From the NCBI GenBank assembly GCA_965237675.1, contig OZ250150.1, positions 4,448,001-4,512,000 on the forward strand: DNA of 64,000 nucleotides, read 5' to 3'. A program made the translations under genes and the position numbers. This stretch comes from Candidatus Latescibacterota bacterium. Lineage in GTDB: Bacteria; Latescibacterota; UBA2968; GCA-2709665. Below, piece by piece: positions 1-10,258 of the stretch; position 1 is the first letter of the stretch, and each line of letters opens with the position of its first letter. The notes beneath the pieces were generated by a model. That model was not told the origin of the DNA, did not search any database, and worked only from the letters and a program-made list of their open reading frames with translations.

Positions 1-181
1 AGCAAATCACCCGGCACCGGGAGGCCGAACACGCCTGTAAGCCGGTGGTAACTTTTGTGGGACCAAAACCGACCGGGGTGGTTGAGCCTTTCGAAACCCG
101 CCTTCGTATTCCGCCGTTCGACAGCCGATGTTCGTGTATGATCGAGTGGATTCCCGCGTTGATTCGATGGGGGAGTCTTCC

Positions 182-1087
182 CTAGACCTCCCACAGATCC
201 CGGATGTCGGAGAGAATCGTGTCCAGTTCGGCGTGGTCGTGCGCTTCCAGCGGCCCTGTCGCGGGGGCCCTTACGTAGGCCGAGCGGATCACCCCACGGC
301 GGCGCAGCACTTCCTTGTATGCGTGCACGCCGTGAAGCATCTCAAAATTCAACAGGGGCAGCAGCCGGTTGAAAATCTCCCTGGCGCCCGACACGTCGCC
401 CGCCTGGTACGCGTTCCAAACCGCGGCATGAACGTCGGTTGCGTCGCAGGCCGGCATCGTCCCGGCGGCGCCCCGCCGCATCTCGTCCATCATGAACCGA
501 CCGGCCGCACCCCCGAACACGCCCTCCACCGAATCCCCGCAGGCAGCAATAGCCGCCGAAATAGAATGTGTGACCGGGGGGACTTCCTCCTTGATGTAAA
601 GCACGCGTTCAATCTCGCGAGCAAGCTGACCCAACAACGCGGGTGACATCGGCACCCCGATCGGCAGCGGATAGTTCTGGATGAAAATCGGCAGTTCCGT
701 CGCCCTGGCAAGCGCCTCGTAATACGCCGTCACGCCATCCGCCGGGGGTTTGGATACATAAGGCGGCATTGCGATCACTGCGTCGGCCCCCTCCCCCGCC
801 GCGTGTTTCGCGATCCACACGGCCACGTGCGCGCTCACCCCGGACACACCCGCGACGAACGGCAGCCGATCCCGCACCGTCTGGCCCACGACCTCGATCA
901 CCCGCAGCCGTTCCGGGTCGGACAACGCGCTGAATTCACTCGCATTCACCGGGGAGACCAAACCGTGCGCTCCCGCCGCGATCGAAAACTCCACCTCGGC
1001 CTTCAACCCGTCTTCGTCCAACGAACCATCGTCCGAAAACGGCGTTGCCAGAATCACAAACACCCCCCGAAACGGCGGCCCCGTCAT
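182..1087 (-). CDS. Dihydrodipicolinate synthase (DapA/NanA) family aldolase
   Basis: GVFVILATPF, ASEF, PPY and the Schiff-base YIKEE motif fit the DHDPS-like family. Confidence 0.85.
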   Translation of the reverse strand: MTGPPFRGVFVILATPFSDDGSLDEDGLKAEVEFSIAAGAHGLVSPVNASEFSALSDPERLRVIEVVGQTVRDRLPFVAGVSGVSAHVAVWIAKHAAGEGADAVIAMPPYVSKPPADGVTAYYEALARATELPIFIQNYPLPIGVPMSPALLGQLAREIERVLYIKEEVPPVTHSISAAIAACGDSVEGVFGGAAGRFMMDEMRRGAAGTMPACDATDVHAAVWNAYQAGDVSGAREIFNRLLPLLNFEMLHGVHAYKEVLRRRGVIRSAYVRAPATGPLEAHDHAELDTILSDIRDLWEV

Positions 1088-1135
1088 TCATCTCCCTTTC
1101 GCTCGCGATTAACGTTCAACCCAACCCCCCATCCA

Positions 1136-1217
1136 ATGGTAAGGCGGAGATGACAGATGTCAAGCGGAAAATCCCCGCGATATTTCGATTGACTTACCCC
1201 GGACCCCAACCTACCAT
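1136..1217. promoter_or_regulatory. Divergent sigma70-like promoters with a palindromic operator
   Basis: Plus strand: TTGACT(1189)-17-TACCAT(1212). Minus strand: TTGACA(1163)-16-TACCAT(1141). Palindrome TGACAgaTGTCA at 1151-1162. Confidence 0.5.
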
Positions 1218-1257
1218 ATCCAATCAACAGGCGTGAACCCTTTGTCCCGCGTTTCCA

Positions 1258-1995
1258 ATGCAAATCACCCCGCGAAAACTCCAGGAACTTCGCAGTTTCA
1301 TGGACGCGTTCGACCCGGTCGGTCCACCGCGGGCAGGCTTTCTGCAAAGGGCGGTGAGGGGCCTCAATCGGCCCGGCGGCAGCCTGGTCGTGATGGATGC
1401 CTCGTTCAATCCGATGACCCTGGCTCACGAGACCATGCTGTCTCAGGCCTCGGAATCCTGCGATGCCGGGGAAGCCCTTCTTCTGCTGTCACACGCAAAC
1501 GTCGACAAAGACATCTACGGGGCATCTCTGGGGCAGCGCCTGGCCATGATCGGCCACTACGCAGAACCTGATTCCAACCTTTCGGTGGCCGGCTGCAGCC
1601 ACGCCAGATTCGTCGACAAAGCCCGCGCCCTTCGCCCGCTCTACCCGGAATCGACAAGGCTGTTCTTCGTGGTCGGTTACGACACCCTCCTGAGACTCTT
1701 CGACCCCAGGTACTATATTAACCTTTCGGACGAATTATCCACGCTCTTCGACTGTGCCCACGTCGTCGCAGCCAACCGCGACAATATCGACCCGGAAGCC
1801 ATGCGAACGCTGATGAGCAGCCCGGAATACGTCGCATTTTCCAACAGAGTTCGTTTCATCCGGTTGCGCGGCGTCCATTCGCAAATATCCTCCACGGAAG
1901 TTCGGACGCTCAAAAAACACGGGGCGCCAATCGGTCATCTTGTTCCGCCGCGTATCGCCGACGCCATCGATGCGTTGAACCTGTATCGTGCGTGA
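1258..1995 (+). CDS. Nicotinamide/nicotinate-nucleotide adenylyltransferase-like protein (Pof1-type)
   Basis: SFNPMTLAH (HxGH-like), FVDK, GYDT and ISSTEVR motifs. Confidence 0.75.
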   Translation: MQITPRKLQELRSFMDAFDPVGPPRAGFLQRAVRGLNRPGGSLVVMDASFNPMTLAHETMLSQASESCDAGEALLLLSHANVDKDIYGASLGQRLAMIGHYAEPDSNLSVAGCSHARFVDKARALRPLYPESTRLFFVVGYDTLLRLFDPRYYINLSDELSTLFDCAHVVAANRDNIDPEAMRTLMSSPEYVAFSNRVRFIRLRGVHSQISSTEVRTLKKHGAPIGHLVPPRIADAIDALNLYRA

Positions 1996-2115
1996 CGGGT
2001 CAGCGGACGCGCCACGATACCGACGACCGGCCACCTGGGTCTGTTTCAGTGCCTCCAACCCGCGATTCACTTCTGCCTCACAAAAACCCTTTAACGTTTC
2101 ATGGGAGGAAAATGC

Positions 2116-3747
2116 ATGAACGGTGCGGATCTGCTGGTGAGGGAACTACAAAAAAAGGGCGTCGCGTTTATCGCAACACTCTGCGGCCACGGGCTCGACG
2201 ACCTGGATGACGCTTGCGACCGGGCGGGAATGCGGCTTGTCGACGTACGCAACGAACAGGCAGCAGGATATATCGCCGAAGCCGTCGGACGCCTTAGCCG
2301 CACGGTGGGCGTCTGCGCCGTCAGTAGCGGCGTGGCACACGTCAACGCCCTCACAGGGGTTTGCAACGCCCATTTCGACGGCGCACCCATGCTGCTCATC
2401 ACAGGAAGCGGACCCGCCAACACCGCCGGACTCGGTCACTTTCAGGATCTGAACCAGGTTGCCATTGCCGCGCCCATTTGCAAATACGCCGAAACCATTT
2501 ACCATCCGGAGCGCATCCCGCAGATTCTGCACGAGGCATTCGAAACCGCCATGGCCGGCAGGCCAGGACCCGTACATCTGACCGTTCCTCAGAACGTCCT
2601 GGGCGCTGAGATTCACGCCGGCGCCATCCTGCGCGTCCACGATGCCAGCCATCCCGCCCCCACCGTGGCATGGGGGAGTCCTGGTGAAATCGACAGAATC
2701 GCCGACCTGCTTGCGCGGTCCGATCGCCCCCTTCTGGTCGCCGGCGCCGGCACACACTATGCGGACGGCAATGCGGCGCTGGTTGAGTTCGCGCGCGCCC
2801 TGGCCGTCCCGGTGGTGGTACCGATCTGGGATCGGGGCGCTGTCTCGCAGCCCATGGATACGTTCATGGGTGTCGTCGGCGCCGCCAGCGGCGGCCCCCG
2901 ACTCCTTCCCGACGCGGACCTGGTTCTGCTGGCTGGCGCCACGTGCGATTACCGGGTCGGCTATCTCCAGCCGCCCGCCGTACATCCCGACGCCACCCTT
3001 GTGCGCATCCACGTGGATGCCTGCACCCTCAATCAGGGAATCGGCGCCCACCTGCGCGTGGCGGCCGATCCCGGTTCCGCACTGCTCCAGTTGACCGAAG
3101 CTGCGCGGACAAGGAAAATCGCGCCCAAGACGGCCTGGCTACAGGAGGCCGCCGGCCGTCGGGACGCGTTCCGCGGGCGGTGCCTTGACGCCCGAAAAGG
3201 GAACGGGCTGCACGCGCTCGACATCATTCACGCCGTGCAATCCGTCCTGACCGACGACACCGTTATCCTCATCGACGGCGGCAACATCGGTCAGTGGGCG
3301 CACCAGGTCCTCTGCGACCGATATCCCGGCCACTGGCTTACGTGCGGCGCCAGCGGCGTTGTGGGCTACGGTCTCGCGGGGGCGATGGCGGCCCGCCTCG
3401 TATACCCGAACCGGCCAGTTATCCTCATTTCGGGCGATGGCGCGCTCACATTCACCGTCGCCGAACTCGAGGCGGCCGCCCGGCAGAGTCTGCCCTTTGT
3501 GGTCCTTCTCGCCGACGATGAAGCCTGGGGCATCACCCTCACCGGGCACGAGGCGCATTACGGCCGCGGGATCACCTCCGAACTGGGCCCGATCGACTAC
3601 GCAGGGATGGCGGATGCCTTTGGCGCCAGGGGAATTCGCATTGAAAATGCGGACCAGATCCTTCCCGCGCTGCAGCATGGCCTCGGCGCGAAACAGCCCA
3701 CGCTCATACACGTGCCGGTTGCCCGGAGCAGCCCTGCCGACAAATAG
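2116..3747 (+). CDS. Thiamine-diphosphate-dependent enzyme, acetolactate synthase-like
   Basis: RNEQAAGY, RPGPVHL and GDGA ThDP motif; GGGAGG RBS before ATG 2116. Confidence 0.85.
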   Translation: MNGADLLVRELQKKGVAFIATLCGHGLDDLDDACDRAGMRLVDVRNEQAAGYIAEAVGRLSRTVGVCAVSSGVAHVNALTGVCNAHFDGAPMLLITGSGPANTAGLGHFQDLNQVAIAAPICKYAETIYHPERIPQILHEAFETAMAGRPGPVHLTVPQNVLGAEIHAGAILRVHDASHPAPTVAWGSPGEIDRIADLLARSDRPLLVAGAGTHYADGNAALVEFARALAVPVVVPIWDRGAVSQPMDTFMGVVGAASGGPRLLPDADLVLLAGATCDYRVGYLQPPAVHPDATLVRIHVDACTLNQGIGAHLRVAADPGSALLQLTEAARTRKIAPKTAWLQEAAGRRDAFRGRCLDARKGNGLHALDIIHAVQSVLTDDTVILIDGGNIGQWAHQVLCDRYPGHWLTCGASGVVGYGLAGAMAARLVYPNRPVILISGDGALTFTVAELEAAARQSLPFVVLLADDEAWGITLTGHEAHYGRGITSELGPIDYAGMADAFGARGIRIENADQILPALQHGLGAKQPTLIHVPVARSSPADK

Positions 3748-3809
3748 AATCCGGTGGCGGAATCCGCCGCCGGCCACCGCATCGGCAAACGGCCACACAC
3801 GCTTCGAGC

Positions 3810-5918
3810 TCACATCACGCCGTACCAGCCATACTGATCTTCGGGAACGAGAACGAAATTGGAACGTGCGGCGGGATACCAGGGTTCCGGATTCCTGTCC
3901 CGGTGATTGTCCACGGCACGCACCTCCACAAAGTACATCCGGTTGGCCTCCGGCACGTTCCAGACAATCGACGTATCTGCGGTCAACTCCGTCAGGACTT
4001 CCTCTCGACACGCTCGATCCGCGAAAATGCGAACGTCGTACTCTATCCGGCCACCGCCCAACTTCATCGACCGCGCCCAATTTACGCGGACCTCCTGCGG
4101 GCCGACCCGTTGCGCGGGCAATGCCATGGGGAACGTCGGCGGATGGGCTTTCTCGGCCCCGAGATAGTACGAGTAGTACGGCTCCGACCCCCAGATGCCG
4201 AATACGTAACCCAGAATCCAGAACCGGTCTTCGCTCTCGAGCAACTCAGGATCATACGCGAAACACTCCTGCGCAAAGCCATCGGCGAAGTAAATATCCG
4301 CCTTCAGTTCGGCCACCGACAACACGCTTCCGGCTTTCTGCGGCTGATTGGCGCCGAAAAACAGCGCGTCCACGATATGGTCGCTCCCGTCATAGGTCGC
4401 CTCCGCCACCACGTGGTGCGAAAGCCCGACCGACCGGACCGGAATGCCAAGCGCCTCCAGAATCGCAACGGTAACCGTAACGCCCTGCCCGCACCGCGCA
4501 TCATGCCCCTCCAGAATGGCCACCGGATCCCGCGTTTCCGGCACCTGGACAGGGTTGTAATAGAGTACCCGATTCACATGGTCCGCAACCTGTCTCACCG
4601 CATCCGCGTCCGACGACACCCCGTCTGTAATTGTCTCCGCAAGATGCCCCAGGTAACCCTCCCTATCGGTTCTCGCAGCCCGTCTGACCAACTCGGCCTC
4701 CATCCCGGGCGGGTATTCCGATACGGGGCCCTCCAAATTCACAATGGGCGGCGTCCACGGCGTGCGCGGCAGAAAGAGCGACCGTTTTGCACCATAGGTT
4801 CGCCGGTACCGAGCCAGATGCGCCCGCCTGTCGAATACCACGTCAGGGATGCCGAAGCCCTGCTCCCGTGTGGCCGGTTCGCTCTGCAGGACGATCCAGG
4901 AACCGAAAATTTCTCCCAATTCCCCAGATCGGATATACGGAATCATCGTCCCTGTAATGACGAACCGTTCGCCATCCGTCCAGTGATAACACAGCAACGG
5001 GACCCCGTCCGGCTGTTCCGGAGCCACCAGGTAGTCAAACGTGACGGTACCGGGATCAAATACCAGCATTCGATCCAGAAACCTCGGCGGCTTGCCGTCG
5101 ACCGTTAACGGCCCGTCCGGAACCACGATCCGACCCGTGTTGGGATCCAACCTGCTCGGATGCATATACGTGCTCAAGCAGATATACGCACGGCCCTGAA
5201 AGCCGAATCCCCCTCCCATGAAGCCGTAAAGCTCTCCGTGATCCGGCGTTGGGATTGCGTTTCCCCACCGTCCCCGATCCGGTTCCAACGGAAAAATCCT
5301 GCCCTTCGCCGTATCCCAGGCGTACAACACGCCGCGGTGTATGAAGTGCCCGGCCAGCGCGGCCTCCGGGTACGGGCCGGGGCTCTCGTCGACGAATTGT
5401 TCCGCGCCGGGATCGAATCTGATGATTCGAGACGGTTCGCACATTGGCGAATAGACCATCCCGTCAACGCACCACCCGTTTGCCAGCTGCCCCTCGAACG
5501 GACAGTCCACAACGCGCGGCTCCGCCAGCGGACCGTCCAGAACCAGGACCCTGGATTCCGAACGCTCAAAGAGCAACACCTTTCCACCGGGCGTCCTGAC
5601 GCCGTACCACACGAGGGGTCGCGCGCCGGGGATCTCTCGCCTTTCGCAAGCGCGTCCCACAGGGTCGAGAACCAGGTAGTACGGCGCGTCACCCAGGGTG
5701 AGCACCAGCTTTTCCTCCCAGGCAATGGCCTGGAAGACCGATCGGCCGCCCATTTCCGGCACCGGAATCTGAACCGTCTCCGCCGTACGTAAATTATGGC
5801 CTGTCAATCGGTTGCGCCCACAACCCTCCCAAAGCCAATCCGCGCTGTCCACGTCAATCCCAAACGGCCGTCCGGTATGAATCTCATCGTGCCTGTACAA
5901 CCATACCTGATCTTCCAT
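3810..5918 (-). CDS. Hypothetical protein: beta-propeller-like N-terminus, transglutaminase-like core, FN3-like C-terminus
   Basis: 702-aa ORF; RCGQ...LGIPVR...HHVVAE...IVD Cys-His-Asp pattern; YFVEVRAVD FN3-like strand. Confidence 0.6.
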   Translation of the reverse strand: MEDQVWLYRHDEIHTGRPFGIDVDSADWLWEGCGRNRLTGHNLRTAETVQIPVPEMGGRSVFQAIAWEEKLVLTLGDAPYYLVLDPVGRACERREIPGARPLVWYGVRTPGGKVLLFERSESRVLVLDGPLAEPRVVDCPFEGQLANGWCVDGMVYSPMCEPSRIIRFDPGAEQFVDESPGPYPEAALAGHFIHRGVLYAWDTAKGRIFPLEPDRGRWGNAIPTPDHGELYGFMGGGFGFQGRAYICLSTYMHPSRLDPNTGRIVVPDGPLTVDGKPPRFLDRMLVFDPGTVTFDYLVAPEQPDGVPLLCYHWTDGERFVITGTMIPYIRSGELGEIFGSWIVLQSEPATREQGFGIPDVVFDRRAHLARYRRTYGAKRSLFLPRTPWTPPIVNLEGPVSEYPPGMEAELVRRAARTDREGYLGHLAETITDGVSSDADAVRQVADHVNRVLYYNPVQVPETRDPVAILEGHDARCGQGVTVTVAILEALGIPVRSVGLSHHVVAEATYDGSDHIVDALFFGANQPQKAGSVLSVAELKADIYFADGFAQECFAYDPELLESEDRFWILGYVFGIWGSEPYYSYYLGAEKAHPPTFPMALPAQRVGPQEVRVNWARSMKLGGGRIEYDVRIFADRACREEVLTELTADTSIVWNVPEANRMYFVEVRAVDNHRDRNPEPWYPAARSNFVLVPEDQYGWYGVM

Positions 5919-6008
5919 CGATTTCTCCCCCCGGTTGCCCGCAATCCACCAGACCTTTTTTTGAGCGAAAAAGGGGGCGGCGCGCTGGATAAACGGTGTC
6001 TAAACCCA

Positions 6009-6036
6009 TTGACAATTCGATATTTTGCGCTAATTT
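6009..6036 (+). promoter_or_regulatory. Putative sigma70 promoter
   Basis: TTGACA-16-TAATTT upstream of the ORF at 6114. Confidence 0.4.
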
Positions 6037-6113
6037 ATGCCATCGTCCAATTTTCGTCACCATCCGCTCAATGCTGAATCCGAAAGCGGCATCTCACATC
6101 AGCGAGGCTCAAT

Positions 6114-6806
6114 ATGGGTGTGATTACCGTCTCAAGAGAATACGGCAGCGACGGACGATCGGTCGCTCAGAAAGCCGCCGATCTGTTGGGTTATCTGTGC
6201 ATGAACAAGGACCTGCTCGTGGAAGTGGCCAACGAAGCCCAGGTCCCTGTCGCCGAAGCCGAGCGTTTCGACGAACGCCCGGAACATCCCGCCATGCGTG
6301 TGATTCGAAAAATCCTCACGCCCGGTCACCCGGAGGCGATCACCGGCCTCTCGGAGTACGAGTGGTGGGCAACCGCCACCGTGCCCGAACTGACCGGCCG
6401 GATCGATTCCGTTGTTTCTTTACCGGACGAAGAGGCTTTTGTCAACATCACACGGGAAGTCGTTACGCGTCTGGCCGAGCGGGACAACGTGGTCCTGGTG
6501 GGCCGGGGCGGGCAGATCCTGCTGAGAGACCGACCCGCCACGTTGCATCTGCGGGTGGTCGCCCCGATCGATTATCGAATTCACATGGTCATGAAGCGGG
6601 AAGAACTGGATGCCAACGCCGCCGCAAAACGTATCCGCAAAATGGACGACTATCGAAAACGCTATCTCAAGAGACACTTCGGAATTGCCTGGAACGCCGC
6701 GGAAAACTATCACCTGACGTTCAACACCGGCCAGACCGGAATCGAGGGCGCCGCCGGCATTGTCGCCGAAGCGATGCGGTATATGTTGAAGGCGAGGCGA
6801 AACTGA
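6114..6806 (+). CDS. Cytidylate kinase-like family protein
   Basis: ITVSREYGSDG, VVLVGRGG, D..R..Y and YHLTFNT motifs. Confidence 0.85.
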   Translation: MGVITVSREYGSDGRSVAQKAADLLGYLCMNKDLLVEVANEAQVPVAEAERFDERPEHPAMRVIRKILTPGHPEAITGLSEYEWWATATVPELTGRIDSVVSLPDEEAFVNITREVVTRLAERDNVVLVGRGGQILLRDRPATLHLRVVAPIDYRIHMVMKREELDANAAAKRIRKMDDYRKRYLKRHFGIAWNAAENYHLTFNTGQTGIEGAAGIVAEAMRYMLKARRN

Positions 6807-6837
6807 GCACGCGGTTCGGAAGAATCGGGAAACGCAC

Positions 6838-6871
6838 AAAGATGCCCCGGGGATCTCTCCGGGGCGTCTTT
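6838..6871. terminator. Bidirectional intrinsic terminator
   Basis: AAAGATGCCCCGG-loop-CCGGGGCGTCTTT between convergent genes. Confidence 0.7.
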
Positions 6872-6896
6872 ATTCCTGAATTGGCCCTGCCCTTTT

Positions 6897-7337
6897 TTAT
6901 TCTTCTTCTCTCAGCATCTCCACCAGCATCTCCAGCGCCGCGACATAACCCCGCCACTTGAATCCGGCAACCTGCCCGACCATGATGGCCGAGAAACAGG
7001 AATGCCGCCGGAACGCCTCCCTTGCATGGATATTGGACAGATGCACTTCCACCGCCGGCAACTGGCTGTCTTCGATCGCATCTCTCAGCGAATACCCGAA
7101 CCCCGTCAGCCCGGCCGGATTGAGAATGATCCCCTGGACACGATCCCGCTTTGCCTGAACCCTGTCGACAAGAACGCCCTCGTGGTTGGACTGCAGGAAC
7201 TCCAGTTCGCAGCCCAGCGCACGCCCCCGTTCCTCAAGCCGGCGGTGGATCTCATCCAGCGTCACGAGACCGTAATGGGCCGCCTTCCGTTTGCCCAGCA
7301 TGTTCAGATTCGGTCCCTGGAGCACAAGTATGTTCAT
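6897..7337 (-). CDS. aroQ: Type II 3-dehydroquinate dehydratase
   Basis: GPNLNMLG, QSNHEG, NPAG and EVHLSNIHARE motifs. Confidence 0.95.
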   Translation of the reverse strand: MNILVLQGPNLNMLGKRKAAHYGLVTLDEIHRRLEERGRALGCELEFLQSNHEGVLVDRVQAKRDRVQGIILNPAGLTGFGYSLRDAIEDSQLPAVEVHLSNIHAREAFRRHSCFSAIMVGQVAGFKWRGYVAALEMLVEMLREEE

Positions 7338-7463
7338 TCCGGCTTCTCCATTGTCCAACCCGAAACGCCAAGATATCTTGAGCGCTCACCATTTCAGGCA
7401 AAGGGTTCAAGACGCCTTCCGATCCGTAAACCGTTCCCTCGATCTGAGATTCCGGATTGACCT

Positions 7464-7519
7464 GTGTTCTGTCCCGGAAATAGATTGCCGTATGGTGACA
7501 TATTTCCGGGAAAGGACAC
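7464..7519 (+). mobile_element. MITE family A, copy 1 (56 bp, termini only)
   Basis: TIRs GTGTTCTGTCCCGGAAATA / TATTTCCGGGAAAGGACAC shared with three longer copies. Confidence 0.75.
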
Positions 7520-8592
7520 TAGATATACCCGGCACGCCCCTCTCGCAGAGCCGCGACCACGTCTCTGACACGCTGTGCCCGATCGCGCCGACAGATCAAC
7601 AGCGCGTCGGGCGTATCGACGACAACCAGCCCCTCGACATCCACGAGTGCGATCAGCTTGCCCTCGACACCGTAGGCGGTGATGTTCCGCGAGTTCAAAT
7701 TCAACACGTCCCCGGAGATGAGGTTGCCCTCCGTGTCGACTGGCAGGACGTCCGTCAACGCACCCCAACTGCCGATGTCGCTCCAGTCGATATCCGCCTC
7801 CAGGGTGGCCACCTTCGGTGCCCGTTCAATAATGGCATTGTCAATGGCCACCTCCTTCATGCGGGGATATTCCCGCGCAATCGCGTCCCGTTCCTTCCCG
7901 GAACCCACCGCGCCCCGAATGCGCATCAGAAACCTGTGGAGTTCCGGCTCGAACTGCTCGAACAAACTCAGGACGGTTTGCGCCTTCCATACGAACATGT
8001 TACTGTTCCATAGATAGTTGCCACTTTCCACGTACCGCCTTGCCGTATGTTCATCGGGTTTCTCTCTGAACCGCGCCACGCCGTAGACCGGCTCTCCGTT
8101 TACCCGGCTGGCGACGGCGCCCTTCTGGATATAGCCGTAACCCGTTTCCACGCGGGTGGGTTTCACCCCCAGCGTTAACAGCGTGTCCGGATCCTCCTCC
8201 ACGGCTTCTTCGGCCGCCCGAAGCAATCGGCAGAACGCCTCCGGTTTTCCTATATGATGGTCCGAACCCAGACTGGCCACAGTACAGCCGGGATACCGGC
8301 TCTCGAGCAGTACGCACTCGAGCCCCACGGCCGGGCCGGTATTACGCAGTGCCGGTTCGACAATGAAACCCGACGCGGGCAACTCCGGGAGCTGTTCCCG
8401 TACGAGAGCGACGAGTTCGTTTCCCGTTGAAACGTGGAGATCGCGGACGCCAACCAGCGGCCGGATCCGATGCACGGCCTCCTGCAGCATGGTGCGTTCG
8501 CCGACCATCCTGTGAAACTGCTTCGGCCGCGTCGTCCGGCTGAAGGGCCACAGGCGGGTGCCGATGCCGCCGGCCCGAATCACGAACTTCAT
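7519..8592 (-). CDS. manC: Mannose-1-phosphate guanylyltransferase
   Basis: AGGIGTRLWPFSR, PKQF, ETGYGYI, FREKP and WSDIGSW motifs; true ATG at 8592 overlaps the upstream TGA (ATGA). Confidence 0.92.
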   Translation of the reverse strand: MKFVIRAGGIGTRLWPFSRTTRPKQFHRMVGERTMLQEAVHRIRPLVGVRDLHVSTGNELVALVREQLPELPASGFIVEPALRNTGPAVGLECVLLESRYPGCTVASLGSDHHIGKPEAFCRLLRAAEEAVEEDPDTLLTLGVKPTRVETGYGYIQKGAVASRVNGEPVYGVARFREKPDEHTARRYVESGNYLWNSNMFVWKAQTVLSLFEQFEPELHRFLMRIRGAVGSGKERDAIAREYPRMKEVAIDNAIIERAPKVATLEADIDWSDIGSWGALTDVLPVDTEGNLISGDVLNLNSRNITAYGVEGKLIALVDVEGLVVVDTPDALLICRRDRAQRVRDVVAALREGRAGYI

Positions 8593-9122
8593 CGCACTTC
8601 CCGCCGTCTGGGCAAACGCCCCAATGCCGCCCGATCCACTCTCAGGGCGCTCACGGTTCCGTAGCGCATCCCGTCTTCTACAGCGACGTAAACGTCTGGA
8701 AATCCGGCCTTTTTCTCCTGAAGGGCCAGATTCAGAGCATATCCGGCGTTCTCTACCAGATCCAGGTCGGCGATGCGATCCAGCTCGATCCACTGCAGCC
8801 GGCCTTCGTCGCAGCGGCGCAACGCCTCGTGATCGGTATGCCCCGTGAAAAACACCACGGTTGTGACGTCGCCGTCTTCCAGCCGGGTCAACACGACCCG
8901 GATGTGTAGATTGTCGACGTCCTGCGCGGCGATTCCGGCTTCCTCGCCCACCTCCCGCAGTGCCGCCGCCTCCAGATTCGCCATTTCGTCCGGTTCCACC
9001 CGGCCCCCTACCCCCGTCCACCGGCCTGGCGCAAATTGCTTGTGAGGCGCGCGCTCAAGCAACAAAACACGGTTTTTCCGAAACAGAAAAACCGTCACAT
9101 AGACCTTGAGACCCACACCCAT
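8589..9122 (-). CDS. NUDIX hydrolase
   Basis: Nudix box GGRVEPDE...AALREVGEEAG. Confidence 0.88.
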   Translation of the reverse strand: MGVGLKVYVTVFLFRKNRVLLLERAPHKQFAPGRWTGVGGRVEPDEMANLEAAALREVGEEAGIAAQDVDNLHIRVVLTRLEDGDVTTVVFFTGHTDHEALRRCDEGRLQWIELDRIADLDLVENAGYALNLALQEKKAGFPDVYVAVEDGMRYGTVSALRVDRAALGRLPRRREVR

Positions 9123-9137
9123 GTCAGCCTTACACTA

Positions 9138-9299
9138 GTGTTCTGTCCCGGAAATAGATTGCCGAAATTCGGCCGACGAGTCGCCCGGCTCGCAAGGCGC
9201 CTGAGCGAGGCGACCTGCGCAAGGTCGGCGGGTGAAGGGAACGCAGCGAGACGGGATGAATCGACGGATGAATGGTAACATATTTCTGGGACAGGACAC
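9138..9299 (+). mobile_element. MITE family A, copy 2 (162 bp)
   Basis: Same TIRs; internal GAGTCGCCCGGCTCGCA and AACGCAGCGAGACGGGATGAA blocks. Confidence 0.8.
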
Positions 9300-9382
9300 C
9301 TAATCGCCATCCGGGAGTCGGAACGCAGAAGGCGGGGCGTTATTGTCCTCGGCCGCGCGCCGAACTCAGACCGGAACCACGG

Positions 9383-10258
9383 TCATACCCGCACATCCGT
9401 TCCAGATTGCGAGGTCAACAAGAATGAAAACAGGCTGGCCAGCGTCTGTCGCATTTCGCTGCGAGGCACGATCATATCGACAAATCCATGTTCAAGAACC
9501 TTTTCGGCGCGCTGCGCCCGCCGGAGCGCTTCCAATTCCTCCTCACCCACCGAACTCCCGGTAATCCGCTCTCCCGTGAAGCCAATCAACGCATTGGGCT
9601 CGGCAATGTTGATATCGCCAATCAGGGCATAACTGGCCGATACACCGGCCGTCGTGGGATCGGTCAGAATGGAAATGAACAACAGCCCCTCGTCCGCAAA
9701 CCGCGCCAGCCGGGCGTTGATTTTTGCCAGTTGCATCAGGGAGAGTGCGCTTTCCTGCATCCGGGCCCCACCCGAGCGACAGATCAGAACCAGGGGCAGA
9801 CGCTCCGTGATGCAACGATCAATGAGGCGACAAAACCGCTCGCCCTCCGCTGAGGACAGCGTGCCCATGATAAACGCGGGCTCGTGGATACCCACGCCGA
9901 CGCGTTGGCCGTCAATCTTACCGATACCGACACAAACCGCCGCATCCAGCCCGGTGGCTTTGCGGGCCTCCCGGATCCTATCGACATATCGCATGCGATC
10001 TTCGAAATGCAGCGGGTCGGCGGATTTCACCTCCGAGGCAATTTCCTCGAACGAGCCTGCCTCCAGGATATAATCCAGATAATCTTTGTAGCCGATCCGG
10101 AAATGCGCGCCGCAGTGGGAACATATTCCGTAATCCTGGCGCACCTGCTTGCTGTAAAGCGTGTGATGGCAACGTTCGCACTTGATCCATAGATTGTCGG
10201 GCATCGTCCGCCGGACCAGCGTTTGAATGCCGGACTTCAACCGATCAAACCAATTCAC
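9383..10258 (-). CDS. accD: Acetyl-CoA carboxylase carboxyltransferase beta subunit
   Basis: LWIKC..C...C..C zinc finger, SGGARMQES, DPTTAGVSAS. Confidence 0.93.
   Translation of the reverse strand: MNWFDRLKSGIQTLVRRTMPDNLWIKCERCHHTLYSKQVRQDYGICSHCGAHFRIGYKDYLDYILEAGSFEEIASEVKSADPLHFEDRMRYVDRIREARKATGLDAAVCVGIGKIDGQRVGVGIHEPAFIMGTLSSAEGERFCRLIDRCITERLPLVLICRSGGARMQESALSLMQLAKINARLARFADEGLLFISILTDPTTAGVSASYALIGDINIAEPNALIGFTGERITGSSVGEEELEALRRAQRAEKVLEHGFVDMIVPRSEMRQTLASLFSFLLTSQSGTDVRV

Noticed and set aside
1-185. Open plus-strand frame ending at TAG 183-185 with KPVVTFVGP, reminiscent of GT9 C-termini
   Set aside because: Too short and truncated by the window edge to support a call
8593-9021. 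N-terminal extension of the 500-aa manC ORF
   Set aside because: It overlaps the NUDIX gene; the real start is ATG 8592
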